Part shown: piece by piece, positions 39,677-49,987 of the stretch
Layout: the number at the start of each line of letters is the position of its first letter
Position numbering within the stretch: position 1 is the first letter of the stretch
Source of the DNA: Vallitaleaceae bacterium
GTDB lineage: Bacteria; Bacillota; Clostridia; Lachnospirales; Vallitaleaceae
Reading direction: 5' to 3'
Length of the DNA stretch: 64,000 nucleotides
NCBI GenBank assembly: GCA_963677885.1
Contig: OY782500.1
Span: 5,098,136-5,162,135, forward strand
The notes under the pieces: model-generated
What the model saw: only the letters and a program-made list of their open reading frames with translations
Told to the model about the DNA's origin: nothing
Database searches by the model: none
Position numbers and translations under genes: made by a program

Positions 39677-42184
39677 TTACATAACAATATCACAAGCGGG
39701 TCGGGCTACAAAGTAACCTTGGGCAAAATCAATACCCATTGATTTGGTTTTGTTAAAAAGCTCTTCATCAGAGACAAATTCAGCCACTGTATATATACCC
39801 ATTTTACTGGCGAAGTCTACGATGGTTTCAGCAACCAGTTCCGCTGAAGAATCATTGTTGAGCTGCTGGATAATGGAACCATCAATCTTAATGCAATCCA
39901 CATTCAGTTTGAAAAGGTAGTGGAAGTTGGAAAAACCGGTTCCGAAATCATCGATAGCTATTTGAGCTCCGTAACGTTTGGTCTCGTTAATAAACCTTGC
40001 TACAGCATCGAAGTTTTCAATACTTTCAGTTTCCACAATCTCAAATATGACATTTTCCGGTTGAGAGAAGGTAGCCAACTGATTGTATATAAAGCTTCTG
40101 GTTTGAGGGTTGGCTATATCTTCCGGTGAAATATTGATGGAAAACTTATAGGGTTTGTCTTCAAAATAATCAAAGGACTTGGCGATGATTGTGGTCGTTA
40201 ACTGGTCATAAAGACCGGCTTTTTTGGCGATGGAAAGGAACTGGAAGGGAGAAACAACGGTTCCGTCTTCCTCTATAAGCCGCATCAGAACTTCAAACCG
40301 GTCAATTCGATCCGTTTCGTTATTATATAAAGGCTGGAAGAAGGGGACAATCCTGTCATCGTCAATAGCGTGTCTGATTTTTGAGGACCAGGTCAGGTTG
40401 GAAATGATGGAGTCCTCAATTTTAAGCTGCTCATTATAGATGAGAAAAGTCATTTTCTCAGCCTTGGCATGTTGTAGGGTCATTGATGTGTTTTCATAAA
40501 GGGCCAGCTTCATATTACTCATAGCAAAGGTAGTATTAATGTAGATTTTCTGGTTCCTGGATACGAAACAGTGATGGTGAATCTTGGTTTGCAACTGTCT
40601 CATCCGGTTGGTAAAAAGTCTGAAGCTGGACTCATGGCTGGTAACGGCAAAAATATCCGAATGTACCCGATAGGTACGGAGTTGGTGGATTGAATTGTTG
40701 TTGGTAATCAGGTCAGCCAATTCTTTTAAAACCTTGTTGCCTATGCTGGCGCCATAAAAGTTGTTGATGTTAATAAAGGCGCTAATATCAATGAGGCAGA
40801 GATGATATATATCATCAGCTTCATTTAGGTCTTCTGACAGCTTGTTAAGGTTAGGCAGGTGGGTTAAGTTATCTGTGTAGTATTGTTCAAGAAGCTCGTT
40901 GGTCTTGTCCATGACCAAACGTTCCAGTGTTCTGTTTAAAGTATTTAACTCCTGAGAGGTGTTTTCAACAAGTTTAAGGAGTACAGAATGTTCAGTTTCC
41001 TGATGGTTCTCCTTAAGCTTTAGTTCGGTAGTTTCTGGTCGAATATAGGATGCCTTACTGCCTGAAACAGCTGTGATGGAAGTTGTTTCTGATGTTAACT
41101 GTAAATGATTGTTATCTGTAGCTATTTCATAATCCGTTAAGAGTCCAAAAACAGGCAGGTTAAAAGAGGACCCTTTCATGTGTTCAAGAAGGTCCAGAGT
41201 TCGTGGTTTTGATGTAAAAGCCAAAAGCTGTTCACAAGGGATTTTAGGCAGATATTTCATAAAGACTTTGTATTCATCAATATAGTGGTTGACATCCCCG
41301 TAACCCAGAGTGATTCGGTCACCGACATTAATGCTTATTTTTGATAGGATGCAGTTGCTTTCGCTGCAAAGGGTTACAGGCGAAGGCAGTGTAGCCCCAT
41401 CTTTCTCTATGACAAAGGGAAACTTAAATCCAAAGTAGTTAATATCATCCCAGATGGTAGACCCTAAATAGGATTCGTAGAATTCTTTTGAGGTAATATC
41501 ATCGATTTCCAGTATCTGGTTTCCCTTTGCCTTGGTGATCACATGCTCTCTTCCAATTGGTATAATGGAGCTTGTATTAAAGGACTGATAGGATAGGGAA
41601 GGGCCGTAATAAACGATACCGATATAACCCTGCTTATAGGAACGCCCATTGTAGTGAATGGAGGCATCATGAATAATGCCGCCGGTCACTTCTGTACTGG
41701 GCAGTACATTTTCTATAGTATCCAAAATGATTTTAGTTTGAGTGTAGGGTAAAGAGGACACCAACTGAATCAAGGAATTTAGATTTGGCTGATTATAGAG
41801 TTCTTTTGGAATTGGAAACTCATTGAACTCATCGTGTCCCTGGTGGATAATAGAACATTTTACATCAGAAAGTACCGTAACCAAAAATGCAATTTGGTTA
41901 CGAAGAGCTTGCCCATTAAATACAATTATTTCTGTCTCTATTCCAATGACTTCTGCATCAAAAAACTCATTGGACAATCCCATTAAAGAGGACAGTGGAT
42001 AATCCTTCTTTGAGGATAGTATTTGAATCAATACGTTGGAACTAGAAGCTACCTTGATGGACTGAAAAAAATCAATTAAAGTAGTTTTGTCTGAATATAG
42101 ATGCTCGAATATAGTCATCTTGTTGCCTGCTTTCGTTATAGTATCTCCCCACGATCCTATGTATATGACAACATTATAAATCAC
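39677..42184 (-). CDS. signalling protein with unknown N-terminal sensor region (about 400 aa), degenerate GGDEF domain and intact EAL domain
   Basis: C-terminal EAL motifs (QPLYNNETDRIDRFEVLMRL, IAIDDFGTGFSNFHYL, DCIKIDGSII). The central GGDEF-like domain carries YRVHSDIFAV in place of the GG(D/E)EF active-site motif. The start (GTG 42184 vs ATG 42118) is uncertain. Confidence 0.75.
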   Translation of the reverse strand: MIYNVVIYIGSWGDTITKAGNKMTIFEHLYSDKTTLIDFFQSIKVASSSNVLIQILSSKKDYPLSSLMGLSNEFFDAEVIGIETEIIVFNGQALRNQIAFLVTVLSDVKCSIIHQGHDEFNEFPIPKELYNQPNLNSLIQLVSSLPYTQTKIILDTIENVLPSTEVTGGIIHDASIHYNGRSYKQGYIGIVYYGPSLSYQSFNTSSIIPIGREHVITKAKGNQILEIDDITSKEFYESYLGSTIWDDINYFGFKFPFVIEKDGATLPSPVTLCSESNCILSKISINVGDRITLGYGDVNHYIDEYKVFMKYLPKIPCEQLLAFTSKPRTLDLLEHMKGSSFNLPVFGLLTDYEIATDNNHLQLTSETTSITAVSGSKASYIRPETTELKLKENHQETEHSVLLKLVENTSQELNTLNRTLERLVMDKTNELLEQYYTDNLTHLPNLNKLSEDLNEADDIYHLCLIDISAFININNFYGASIGNKVLKELADLITNNNSIHQLRTYRVHSDIFAVTSHESSFRLFTNRMRQLQTKIHHHCFVSRNQKIYINTTFAMSNMKLALYENTSMTLQHAKAEKMTFLIYNEQLKIEDSIISNLTWSSKIRHAIDDDRIVPFFQPLYNNETDRIDRFEVLMRLIEEDGTVVSPFQFLSIAKKAGLYDQLTTTIIAKSFDYFEDKPYKFSINISPEDIANPQTRSFIYNQLATFSQPENVIFEIVETESIENFDAVARFINETKRYGAQIAIDDFGTGFSNFHYLFKLNVDCIKIDGSIIQQLNNDSSAELVAETIVDFASKMGIYTVAEFVSDEELFNKTKSMGIDFAQGYFVARPACDIVM

Positions 42185-42374
42185 AATCCTTTATATCTTG
42201 ATTGTGTAAATGGTTGTTTCATCCCTATGTATTTGTTATACTTAATGCAATTGTTACTATTATAATATGCATAATTGAAAAATTCAATTGATGACATACA
42301 AATGTAATAATTAATATTCAGACATAAATGAATGACCTGTCTGAAATAAAAGATATAATATTGGAGGGTTTGAC

Positions 42375-43172
42375 ATGGCTTATTGTCCTCAGTGCAAAGA
42401 AGAATATGAAGATGATGTAAAAGTATGTGGTGAATGTGGTATAGAATTGGTGGCCACACTGGAAGAAGCAAAAATGGAACGGATGCTCATGGTACTCAAC
42501 TCAGAAGAGGAAGTATCAAAAGCTCTTGAATACTTAGCCTATTCAGAGATTGTTTCGGCAGTATACAGGGAAGCAGAGAATGAACACGGCGAAGGCGTCT
42601 ATGTCATCTCCGTTAACGATGATGAATGGTCCAGAGCGACCAAGGTCATGCAGGGCTTTGTTCTTAGCGAAAAGCAGGAACCCAATATGGAAGACTTTTA
42701 CTTCGATGAATACGAAACAATTGATATTGAAGGGGAGTCGGATGTTTCTGAAATAAAGTCCTCTTATCTGGCTTTCATAGGATTAGGTGGTGTTATTGCG
42801 GTCATTGGTCTCCTTGATGTTCTGGGACTTGTTGAAATTCTGCCCGGCAATATGCCAATGATCTTTACTGTTCTGGGAATTATTTTTGTCGTCATCGGGT
42901 TTTATACCAAAGCAGGTATGGGTGACAAAGAGGCTGCGGCTACTCATCTAAAAGAAGAATTTGAACGTCTCTATCAATTATATATCGATCGATATCCTAT
43001 TGAGAAGTTCGAAGAACGTAACCATATCCATCTAGATGATTTAGATGAAGGTGCCAAGTATTTTGCCCTTATGGATATGTTGGTCAAAGAATGTAAGTCT
43101 ATGGACTTAACGGACAACGAACCGATGATGAATACTATTGCTGAGAAGGCTTATCAACAATTAGATCAATAA
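42375..43172 (+). CDS. hypothetical membrane protein (N-terminal zinc ribbon + DUF2007-like fold, 2 TM helices)
   Basis: CPQCKEEYEDDVKVCGECG zinc ribbon and central TM helices (LAFIGLGGVIAVIGLL, IFTVLGIIFVVIGF). It overlaps the LysR gene 3' end by 38 nt, in convergent orientation. Confidence 0.45.
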   Translation: MAYCPQCKEEYEDDVKVCGECGIELVATLEEAKMERMLMVLNSEEEVSKALEYLAYSEIVSAVYREAENEHGEGVYVISVNDDEWSRATKVMQGFVLSEKQEPNMEDFYFDEYETIDIEGESDVSEIKSSYLAFIGLGGVIAVIGLLDVLGLVEILPGNMPMIFTVLGIIFVVIGFYTKAGMGDKEAAATHLKEEFERLYQLYIDRYPIEKFEERNHIHLDDLDEGAKYFALMDMLVKECKSMDLTDNEPMMNTIAEKAYQQLDQ

Positions 43173-44028
43173 ATTTACTGGTGGCTATCCCGACAGGTGA
43201 GTTTTTACTTGTTGCGATAGCCAATTTTCTTGTAGGCAAGGCAACTTTTGTATCAAGAATAAAATAACCGGGATCCGGCCGGTAGACATAATCAGGGATA
43301 AAGGTGATCCCTAGGCCGATTTTGGCCATTTCTACCAGAAGATCAATAGATCCCAGTTCAATGGCCGGTTTTAATGATATATCAGACTTTTCGTACTCAC
43401 TTTGGAGAAAGCGGGTTGTGGAACTCTGCTTGTCCAGAAGGAGGACCGGGTAGGTGGCTATTTCTTCCAGAGGGACAGGTCTTCCTTTGAGTTCTTTATA
43501 AGAGGAAGGTGCAATGACAATATCCTTAAAAGACCTTGTTTCAATGACGTCCATATTGGCAGTCAACTCATCGTTAGGCAGGTTAGTCAGAATAAGGTCT
43601 ACCTGGTTGTTCTTCAATAACTCAACACATTGGATAGAGGTTCTGTTGGTGATCTCAATGTCTATACCCTGATACTTTTCATGAAAGGCCTTTAGGTAAT
43701 CGATGAGATAATATTTGCAGATAGTATCGCTGACACCTATATGGAGATGTCCTCTGGTTAAGTCCTTATATTCAGTCAGCTGCTGCTGGCCTCTTAATAT
43801 TGAGTTTATAGCCGGTTCTATATGTAATAGGAGGGTTTGACCTTCAGGGGTTAGAGAAACCTTCTTGGTTGATCTAAGGAACAGTTTGGTCTCCAGAGCT
43901 GATTCCAGACTTGATATATTTTGACTGACCGCTGACTGGCTGATGAAGAGGGACTGGGCAGCCTTGGAAAAGCTTAATTGACTGGCCACGGCATAAAAAG
44001 TACGGTATAATTCCAGATTGATTTGCAT
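43135..44028 (-). CDS. LysR-family transcriptional regulator
   Basis: 297 aa with an N-terminal HTH (LELYRTFYAVASQLSFSKAAQSLFISQSAVSQNI) and a LysR substrate-binding domain. Confidence 0.85.
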   Translation of the reverse strand: MQINLELYRTFYAVASQLSFSKAAQSLFISQSAVSQNISSLESALETKLFLRSTKKVSLTPEGQTLLLHIEPAINSILRGQQQLTEYKDLTRGHLHIGVSDTICKYYLIDYLKAFHEKYQGIDIEITNRTSIQCVELLKNNQVDLILTNLPNDELTANMDVIETRSFKDIVIAPSSYKELKGRPVPLEEIATYPVLLLDKQSSTTRFLQSEYEKSDISLKPAIELGSIDLLVEMAKIGLGITFIPDYVYRPDPGYFILDTKVALPTRKLAIATSKNSPVGIATSKFIDLIVDKPSQQ

Positions 44029-44155
44029 AATATCTCCTATAAAGCCAACATATTAGAATGACTAATTAATAAAATAAGTAATATTAATTTTACTTCTTAA
44101 TAATAACATGGTAACCTTTGTAAGTAAATAACGCACACACACTTTGGAGGCAAAT

Positions 44156-47100
44156 ATGTCGATAAAACGAATTTTTGTTGAGAAAAAAGAAGGATTCAAC
44201 GTAGAAGCCAAAGGGCTTTTAGAGGATCTCAAGAGTCACCTAAACTTACCTAACCTGGAAAATGTACGTATTCTTCACCGATATGATACGGATCACCTTG
44301 ACCAGGATACATATGAAGCAGCTATCCATACGGTTTATTCAGAACCACCAGCAGACAGAGTGTTTGAAGAGTCTATCGATTTAGATACCAGTCAAGTGGT
44401 TTTTGGAGTCGAATATCTTCCCGGCCAGTATGACCAAAGAGCTGACTCCCTGGTTCAATGTATCAAGCTTATTAACAACGATGCAAAACCTGTAGTTGCA
44501 GTAGCTAAAATCTTTGTACTTACAGGTCAGCTGTCAGACAAAGATATTGACAGCATCAAGCACTACTGTATCAACCCTGTTGATTCAAGAGAAGCTTTCC
44601 TTGAAAAACCTGAAACCCTTGAATTGGAATTTGAAATTCCTAAGGAAGTGGAGACTGTAGAAGGTTTTATCGACCTTGATGAGGAAGGTGTCGTATCCCT
44701 TTGGAAGCAATTAGGTCTTGCTATGACAGAAAAAGACCTTTTACATACACAGAAATACTTTATAGAAGTAGAGAAGAGAAACCCTACAATCACTGAAATC
44801 AGAGCCTTGGATACCTATTGGTCCGATCACTGTCGTCATACTACCTTCCTGACACGCCTGGAAAACATTTCCTTCGACGAAGCTGGCTCTGTTCAACCAA
44901 TCAAGGAAACTTACGAATCTTATCTTAAAGACAGACAAGACGTATACGGCGACCGAATCGGTGACAAACCGGTATGTCTGATGGATATTGCCCTTATGGC
45001 AATGAAAAAAATGCGTCAAAATGGACATTTGGAAGACCTGGAAGTTTCTGATGAAATCAATGCATGTTCAATTATTGTACCAGTTGATATAGATGGTGAG
45101 GACCAGGAGTGGTTGGTCATGTTCAAGAATGAAACTCATAACCATCCAACTGAAATAGAACCTTTTGGTGGTGCTGCCACCTGTCTGGGTGGTGCAATTA
45201 GAGACCCATTATCAGGACGTTCTTATGTATACCAGGCTATGCGTGTTACAGGTGCAGCTGACCCTCGTCTTCCAATTGAAGAGACAATGGCCGGCAAATT
45301 GCCTCAAAGAAAGATTGTAACAGAATCAGCCCACGGCTATTCATCATACGGTAACCAAATTGGTCTTGCTACAGGTCTTGTTAGAGAAATATATCACCCT
45401 AACTACGTAGCTAAGCGCATGGAAATCGGTGCAGTTATTGCAGCGGCTCCCCGTGAAAATGTTATCCGTGAAACCTCAGACCCAGGTGACTACATTATCC
45501 TACTTGGTGGTAGAACCGGTCGTGACGGTTGTGGTGGAGCAACAGGATCCTCTAAAGAACATACAGAAGAGTCTATCCACACCTGTGGTGCAGAAGTTCA
45601 AAAGGGTAATCCACCAACAGAAAGAAAAATTCAACGTTTATTCCGTAATGATAAAGTCAGCAAAATGATCAAAAAATGTAACGACTTCGGTGCCGGTGGT
45701 GTATCGGTTGCAATCGGTGAGCTGGCAGATGGTTTAATTATTGAACTGGATAAAGTGCCTAAGAAATACGACGGACTTGACGGTACAGAACTGGCTATCA
45801 GTGAATCTCAGGAAAGAATGGCAGTTGTCGTTAATCCTAAAGATGCCAAGGACTTCATCCAAGCTGTAGAACTTGAAAACCTTGAAGCTGTTCATGTGGC
45901 TACGGTTACAGAGGAAAAACGTTTAGTCATGAACTGGAACGGCAAATCCATTGTCAATATTAGAAGAGATTTCCTGGATACCAACGGTGCTCCAACAGAT
46001 ATGGATGCCCATGTCCTGGCACCTGAAACTCAAACTTATTTTGACCAGGAAGCTAAAGAAGTTGAGAAGATCTTGGAAAATGGATCTATCATGGATCTTT
46101 TCAAACGTTCACTCTCAGACTTAAACTCCTGTTCCCAAAGAGGGCTTGTTGAAATGTTTGACTCCTCAATCGGGGCCGGATCAGTCTTCATGCCTTTTGG
46201 TGGCAAGACTCAAAATTCACCAATGGAAGCAATGGTAGCGAAAATTCCTGTTCTTGGTGGCGAGACTTCAACAGGTACAGTCATGAGTCATGGCTTTAAT
46301 CCATACCTATCCAGTTGGAGCCCTTACCATGGATCCATATATGCAGTAATCGACTCCGTAGCAAAGGTTGTTGCTACCGGCGGACGATATGATACTATTC
46401 GATTTACCTTCCAGGAATACTTCAAACGTCTGGGCCAGGATGCTTCCAGATGGGGTGAGCCACTGGCGGCCCTTCTTGGTGCTTATTATATTCAGGATGC
46501 CCTTAACCTGCCGTCAATTGGTGGTAAAGACTCCATGAGTGGTACCTTCCATGATATTGATGTACCACCAACCTTAGTTTCTTTTGCCGTTAATGTTGTT
46601 GATGTTAACAAGACCATTTCATCTGAATTCAAGGGCTTTGACCATGATGTGGTCCTTATAGATCTTCCAAGGGATGAAAAGGAACTTCCTGACCTTACAG
46701 CCTTAAAAGAAAACTATACCTGGATTCACGAAAATATTCAAAATGGAAACATTCTTTCTGCCAACAGCCTACCTCAGTTTGGTATAGGAGAAGCTGTTTC
46801 AAAAATGGCCTTTGGTAATGAAATCGGCTTCACCTTTGAAGATTTGGATCCAAAAGATGTGTTTACATCATCCTATGGTTCTATACTGGTAGAGCTTGCC
46901 AAACCAGCTAAAGACCTGGATTTACCAAAAACTGCTAGACTTGTTGGTACAACAACCAAGGATAGATCTATTCGATATAAAGACGCAGTCATTGATACTG
47001 ACCTTGCCTTGTCATGGTGGGAAGAACCTCTTGAAGATATCTTCCCAACCCGTACAAAAGAAAATGGGGCAACCATTGATCAATTAACGATTTCAGATAA

Positions 47101-47926
47101 GGTTTACAGCCTTAAAGACAGAATTGCCAAACCAACAGTTTTTGTTCCAGTTTTCCCAGGAACCAACTGTGAATACGATACACGATTAGCCTTTGAAAAA
47201 GCAGGAGCCAATGTTAAAGAAGTAATCTTCAGAAACATGACACCTGAAATGTCCCTCCAATCCGTTGAAGCCTTTACCCAGGGAATCAAAGAATCACAAA
47301 TGATTATGATTCCAGGTGGTTTTTCAGCCGGTGATGAACCGGACGGTTCAGGTAAATTCATCGCAACCGTATTTAGAAATCCAGCTATATCAGAAGCGGT
47401 TATGGATATGCTTAAGGAGAGAGACGGTTTAATGCTGGGTATCTGTAACGGATTCCAAGCCCTTATCAAGCTTGGATTGGTTCCTTACGGTGAGATCCGC
47501 AACATGTCAGACCAGGCACCAACCCTGACATTTAACACCATTGGACGTCACATTTCAAGAATGGCCACAACCAAGATCATGAGTAATCAGTCACCATGGC
47601 TTGCAGGGGTCACACCAGGAGATATTCATCATATACCATTATCACATGGTGAAGGACGCTTTGTTGCAGATGAAGCTACCATTAAAGACCTGTTTGCAAA
47701 AGGTCAGGTCATGACAACCTATGTCGATGCTTTCGGTAAACCAAGCATGAATGTTATGGATAATCCTAACGGTTCCATGTACGCCATCGAAGGTATCATG
47801 AGCCCAGACGGTAGAGTACTCGGTAAAATGGGACACTCTGAGCGTATCGGTAAAAACGTTGCCAAAAACATCTACGGCAACCAGGACCAAAAATTATTTG
47901 AGTCCGGCGTAAAATACTTTAAATAG
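44156..47926 (+). CDS. purL: phosphoribosylformylglycinamidine synthase, single-chain large form (PurS-PurL-PurQ fused)
   Basis: About 1256 aa with the FGAM synthase N-domain, AIRS/AIRS_C repeats and a C-terminal class-I glutamine amidotransferase (GICNGFQAL). ATG 44156 with RBS GGAGG 5 nt upstream. Confidence 0.95.
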   Translation: MSIKRIFVEKKEGFNVEAKGLLEDLKSHLNLPNLENVRILHRYDTDHLDQDTYEAAIHTVYSEPPADRVFEESIDLDTSQVVFGVEYLPGQYDQRADSLVQCIKLINNDAKPVVAVAKIFVLTGQLSDKDIDSIKHYCINPVDSREAFLEKPETLELEFEIPKEVETVEGFIDLDEEGVVSLWKQLGLAMTEKDLLHTQKYFIEVEKRNPTITEIRALDTYWSDHCRHTTFLTRLENISFDEAGSVQPIKETYESYLKDRQDVYGDRIGDKPVCLMDIALMAMKKMRQNGHLEDLEVSDEINACSIIVPVDIDGEDQEWLVMFKNETHNHPTEIEPFGGAATCLGGAIRDPLSGRSYVYQAMRVTGAADPRLPIEETMAGKLPQRKIVTESAHGYSSYGNQIGLATGLVREIYHPNYVAKRMEIGAVIAAAPRENVIRETSDPGDYIILLGGRTGRDGCGGATGSSKEHTEESIHTCGAEVQKGNPPTERKIQRLFRNDKVSKMIKKCNDFGAGGVSVAIGELADGLIIELDKVPKKYDGLDGTELAISESQERMAVVVNPKDAKDFIQAVELENLEAVHVATVTEEKRLVMNWNGKSIVNIRRDFLDTNGAPTDMDAHVLAPETQTYFDQEAKEVEKILENGSIMDLFKRSLSDLNSCSQRGLVEMFDSSIGAGSVFMPFGGKTQNSPMEAMVAKIPVLGGETSTGTVMSHGFNPYLSSWSPYHGSIYAVIDSVAKVVATGGRYDTIRFTFQEYFKRLGQDASRWGEPLAALLGAYYIQDALNLPSIGGKDSMSGTFHDIDVPPTLVSFAVNVVDVNKTISSEFKGFDHDVVLIDLPRDEKELPDLTALKENYTWIHENIQNGNILSANSLPQFGIGEAVSKMAFGNEIGFTFEDLDPKDVFTSSYGSILVELAKPAKDLDLPKTARLVGTTTKDRSIRYKDAVIDTDLALSWWEEPLEDIFPTRTKENGATIDQLTISDKVYSLKDRIAKPTVFVPVFPGTNCEYDTRLAFEKAGANVKEVIFRNMTPEMSLQSVEAFTQGIKESQMIMIPGGFSAGDEPDGSGKFIATVFRNPAISEAVMDMLKERDGLMLGICNGFQALIKLGLVPYGEIRNMSDQAPTLTFNTIGRHISRMATTKIMSNQSPWLAGVTPGDIHHIPLSHGEGRFVADEATIKDLFAKGQVMTTYVDAFGKPSMNVMDNPNGSMYAIEGIMSPDGRVLGKMGHSERIGKNVAKNIYGNQDQKLFESGVKYFK

Positions 47927-47960
47927 CTAACCTCTAAAGCGAAAGCTTGATTGATATAAA

Positions 47961-47997
47961 AGGGAGTGGGTAAGTGTGCGACCCACTCTCTTTTGCT
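47961..47997 (+). terminator. intrinsic terminator after purL
   Basis: GGGAGTGGGTAAGTGTGCGACCCACTCTC plus TTTTGCTG. Confidence 0.6.
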
Positions 47998-48015
47998 GTC
48001 TGAAAATATTTTTTT

Positions 48016-48441
48016 GGGGGTCAAGTTACCGACTGTGGCCAGGCTGGCGCCTTAGGATGTCTTTCCGGTCGCGGTCAAGGCATTAAGTGGATCTAAGGGT
48101 CAGAGAATTGCCAAAAAGTTATAAGTTGGGCAAATATTGGGTGGGGGTCAAGTTACCGACTGTGACCAGGCTGGCGCCTTGGGATGTCTTTCCGGTCGCG
48201 GTCAAGGCATTAAGTGGATCTAAGGTTCAGAGAATTGCCAAAAAGTTATAACTTGAACAAATCTTGGGTTATGTAATTGAGAAGGGAAGGTTGTGAGCAA
48301 GTGTTCAAGTTGTTAAGGAAATTTCTGCAAGCAGAAATTGGATTATATTTTTGACAAAGCTCTGATCCTAAGATCCACTAAATACATGCCCAAAGCCCGG
48401 CAAGACACCCCAAGGCGCCAACCCGTCCACAGTCGCTAACT
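48016..48441. repeat. junction element R1: two tandem 127-bp units of arm A, the conserved core in reverse orientation, then an inverted A arm
   Basis: Unit A, GGGGGTCAAGTTACCGACTGTGGCCAGGCTGGCGCCTTAGGATGTCTTTCCGGTCGCGGTCAAGGCATTAAGTGGATCTAAGG(G/T)TCAGAGAATTGCCAAAAAGTTATAA, sits at 48016-48142 and 48143-48268. The core holds the palindrome TTTCTGCAAGCAGAAAT (48321-48337). The reverse-complement A arm is at 48363-48441. Confidence 0.7.
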
Positions 48442-48503
48442 TTCGGTTTCGCATTATGTCTTGACGGTTGGTCGTGTGTGTGGGAGTATCCGTATTAATT
48501 ATG

Positions 48504-48533
48504 TTGACAATAATCAAATGATAGATATACAAT
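48504..48533 (+). promoter_or_regulatory. sigma-A promoter for the first GNAT gene (TTGACA, 17-nt spacer, ATACAAT)
   Basis: Read from the sequence; about 25 nt upstream of the ATG. Confidence 0.45.
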
Positions 48534-48558
48534 TTTTTTGGGGAAGGAGCGAGATGTC

Positions 48559-49026
48559 ATGAGTGAGAATTTTTCTATTAGAGAAGATGATTTGACGAAC
48601 GATAGGGTTGTTGAGCTTGTTTTAGATCATAAGAAAGCTATGTTGGCTATTAGTCCCAAGGAGAGTGTCCATGCTTTGGATTTGGAGGAGCTTCGTAGTT
48701 CTGATATAAGTTTTTGGACCATTTGGGATGGCGATGCCTTGATGGGATGTGGAGATTTGAAGGCTTTAAATGAGCTGGAAGGTGAGATTAAGTCTATGAG
48801 AACCCATGTCTCCTATTTGAGACAGGGTATTGCAGGGAAAATGCTTGACCATATTATTAGGAATGCAAAGGCAAGAGGCTATAAAAGACTGTATTTGGAA
48901 ACGGGTTCCAGGGATGAATTTATTCCTGCTCACAAGTTATACGAGAAGTACGGCTTTTCTAATTGCGGTCCTTTCGCTGACTATGTAGAAGATGACCATT
49001 CCCGTTTTATGTATCTAGAACTCTAA
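48559..49026 (+). CDS. GNAT-family N-acetyltransferase
   Basis: About 155 aa with a GNAT acetyl-CoA motif region (LRQGIAGKMLDHIIRNAKARGYKRLYLET). Start chosen at ATG 48559 (RBS GGAAGGAG). Confidence 0.8.
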   Translation: MSENFSIREDDLTNDRVVELVLDHKKAMLAISPKESVHALDLEELRSSDISFWTIWDGDALMGCGDLKALNELEGEIKSMRTHVSYLRQGIAGKMLDHIIRNAKARGYKRLYLETGSRDEFIPAHKLYEKYGFSNCGPFADYVEDDHSRFMYLEL

Positions 49027-49040
49027 AAATAATATAGTAG

Positions 49041-49338
49041 GAGCAAGTTACCGGTCGTGGCTAGGCTGACGCCTTGAGGTGTCTTGCTGGGCTTTGGGCA
49101 TGTGTTTAGTGGACCTTGGATTCAGAGCTTTGTAAAAAATATATTCATATATCTGCTTGCAGAAATTACCCTGACAACTTGGGCACTTGCTCTCAGCAAC
49201 CTGACCTTAATAACTTACCCAAGATTTGCCCAAGTTATAACTTTTTTACAATTCTCTGAACCCTAGAGCCACTTAATACCTTGACCGCGACCAGAAAGAT
49301 ACCTCAAGGCGTCAGCCTTGCCATGACAGGTAACTGTC
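49041..49338. repeat. junction element R2: A arm, conserved core of about 120 bp, inverted full A arm (long hairpin, stem about 85 bp)
   Basis: The 5' arm is CAAGTTACCGGTCGTGGCTAGGCTGACGCCTTGAGGTGTCTTGCTGGGC...TTAGTGGACCTTGGATTCAGAGC. The core is ATATCTGCTTGCAGAAATTACC...CAACTTGGGCACTTGCTC...TTACCCAAGATTTGCCCAAGTTATAACTTTTTT. The 3' arm is the reverse complement of unit A. Confidence 0.7.
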
Positions 49339-49379
49339 AACCACAAAATGACCAAAGACTAATGTAACCAGGAGAGAAA

Positions 49380-49892
49380 ATGCAATTATATAAACCAAAA
49401 TTAGAGGAACTAAACTACAGAATGAATCTCATGTCAGATCCTCAAACCATGTCCTACAACAAGGACCTGGATTTAGACTTTGAAGGGTATCATAAGGATA
49501 CCGGCTGCATCGACTTCCCAAGAGATACGTGGAAGACTTGGTATGATTATTGGATGGAAGCTGAACCCACAAGATTTTATGCCTATTTGAAGGTCAAGGA
49601 TCAACTAGTAGGAGAAGTAGCGCTCAGATATGTAGAGGCTCAAGGTGCCCATATGATCAACATCATTATAGACTCCAGACACAGAGGAAAAGGCTATGGC
49701 AAAGAAGGCCTCCAACTATTACTTAAAGTTGCCTTCAAAGATCTTAACCTAGAAAAAGTCATCGACGACTTCCCCATTACCAGAACTACCTCTATAAACC
49801 TCTTTCAGTCACTAGGATTTCATTCCCAAATCAAAGACAATCTCATCACCTTTTCACTAACCAAATCCCAATACCATGCCTTGAATATTTAG
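49380..49892 (+). CDS. GNAT-family N-acetyltransferase (RimJ/RimL-like)
   Basis: 170 aa. IIIDSRHRGKGYGKEGLQLL matches the GNAT motif A pattern. Confidence 0.8.
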   Translation: MQLYKPKLEELNYRMNLMSDPQTMSYNKDLDLDFEGYHKDTGCIDFPRDTWKTWYDYWMEAEPTRFYAYLKVKDQLVGEVALRYVEAQGAHMINIIIDSRHRGKGYGKEGLQLLLKVAFKDLNLEKVIDDFPITRTTSINLFQSLGFHSQIKDNLITFSLTKSQYHALNI

Positions 49893-49987
49893 TATTAAAT
49901 ATAATCCAATAGGCTATAGTCTGTATCCAAAACAAAAAGCCAATAACTAAAAGCCAACAACGTAAGGAATTTCCCATAACGAAACCG

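Noticed and set aside
48016-48268. Two tandem 127-bp direct repeats that could be mistaken for a CRISPR or satellite array
   Set aside because: There are only two units and they are far longer than CRISPR repeats. There are no spacers of unique sequence and no cas genes. The units are arms of the larger inverted-repeat element R1.
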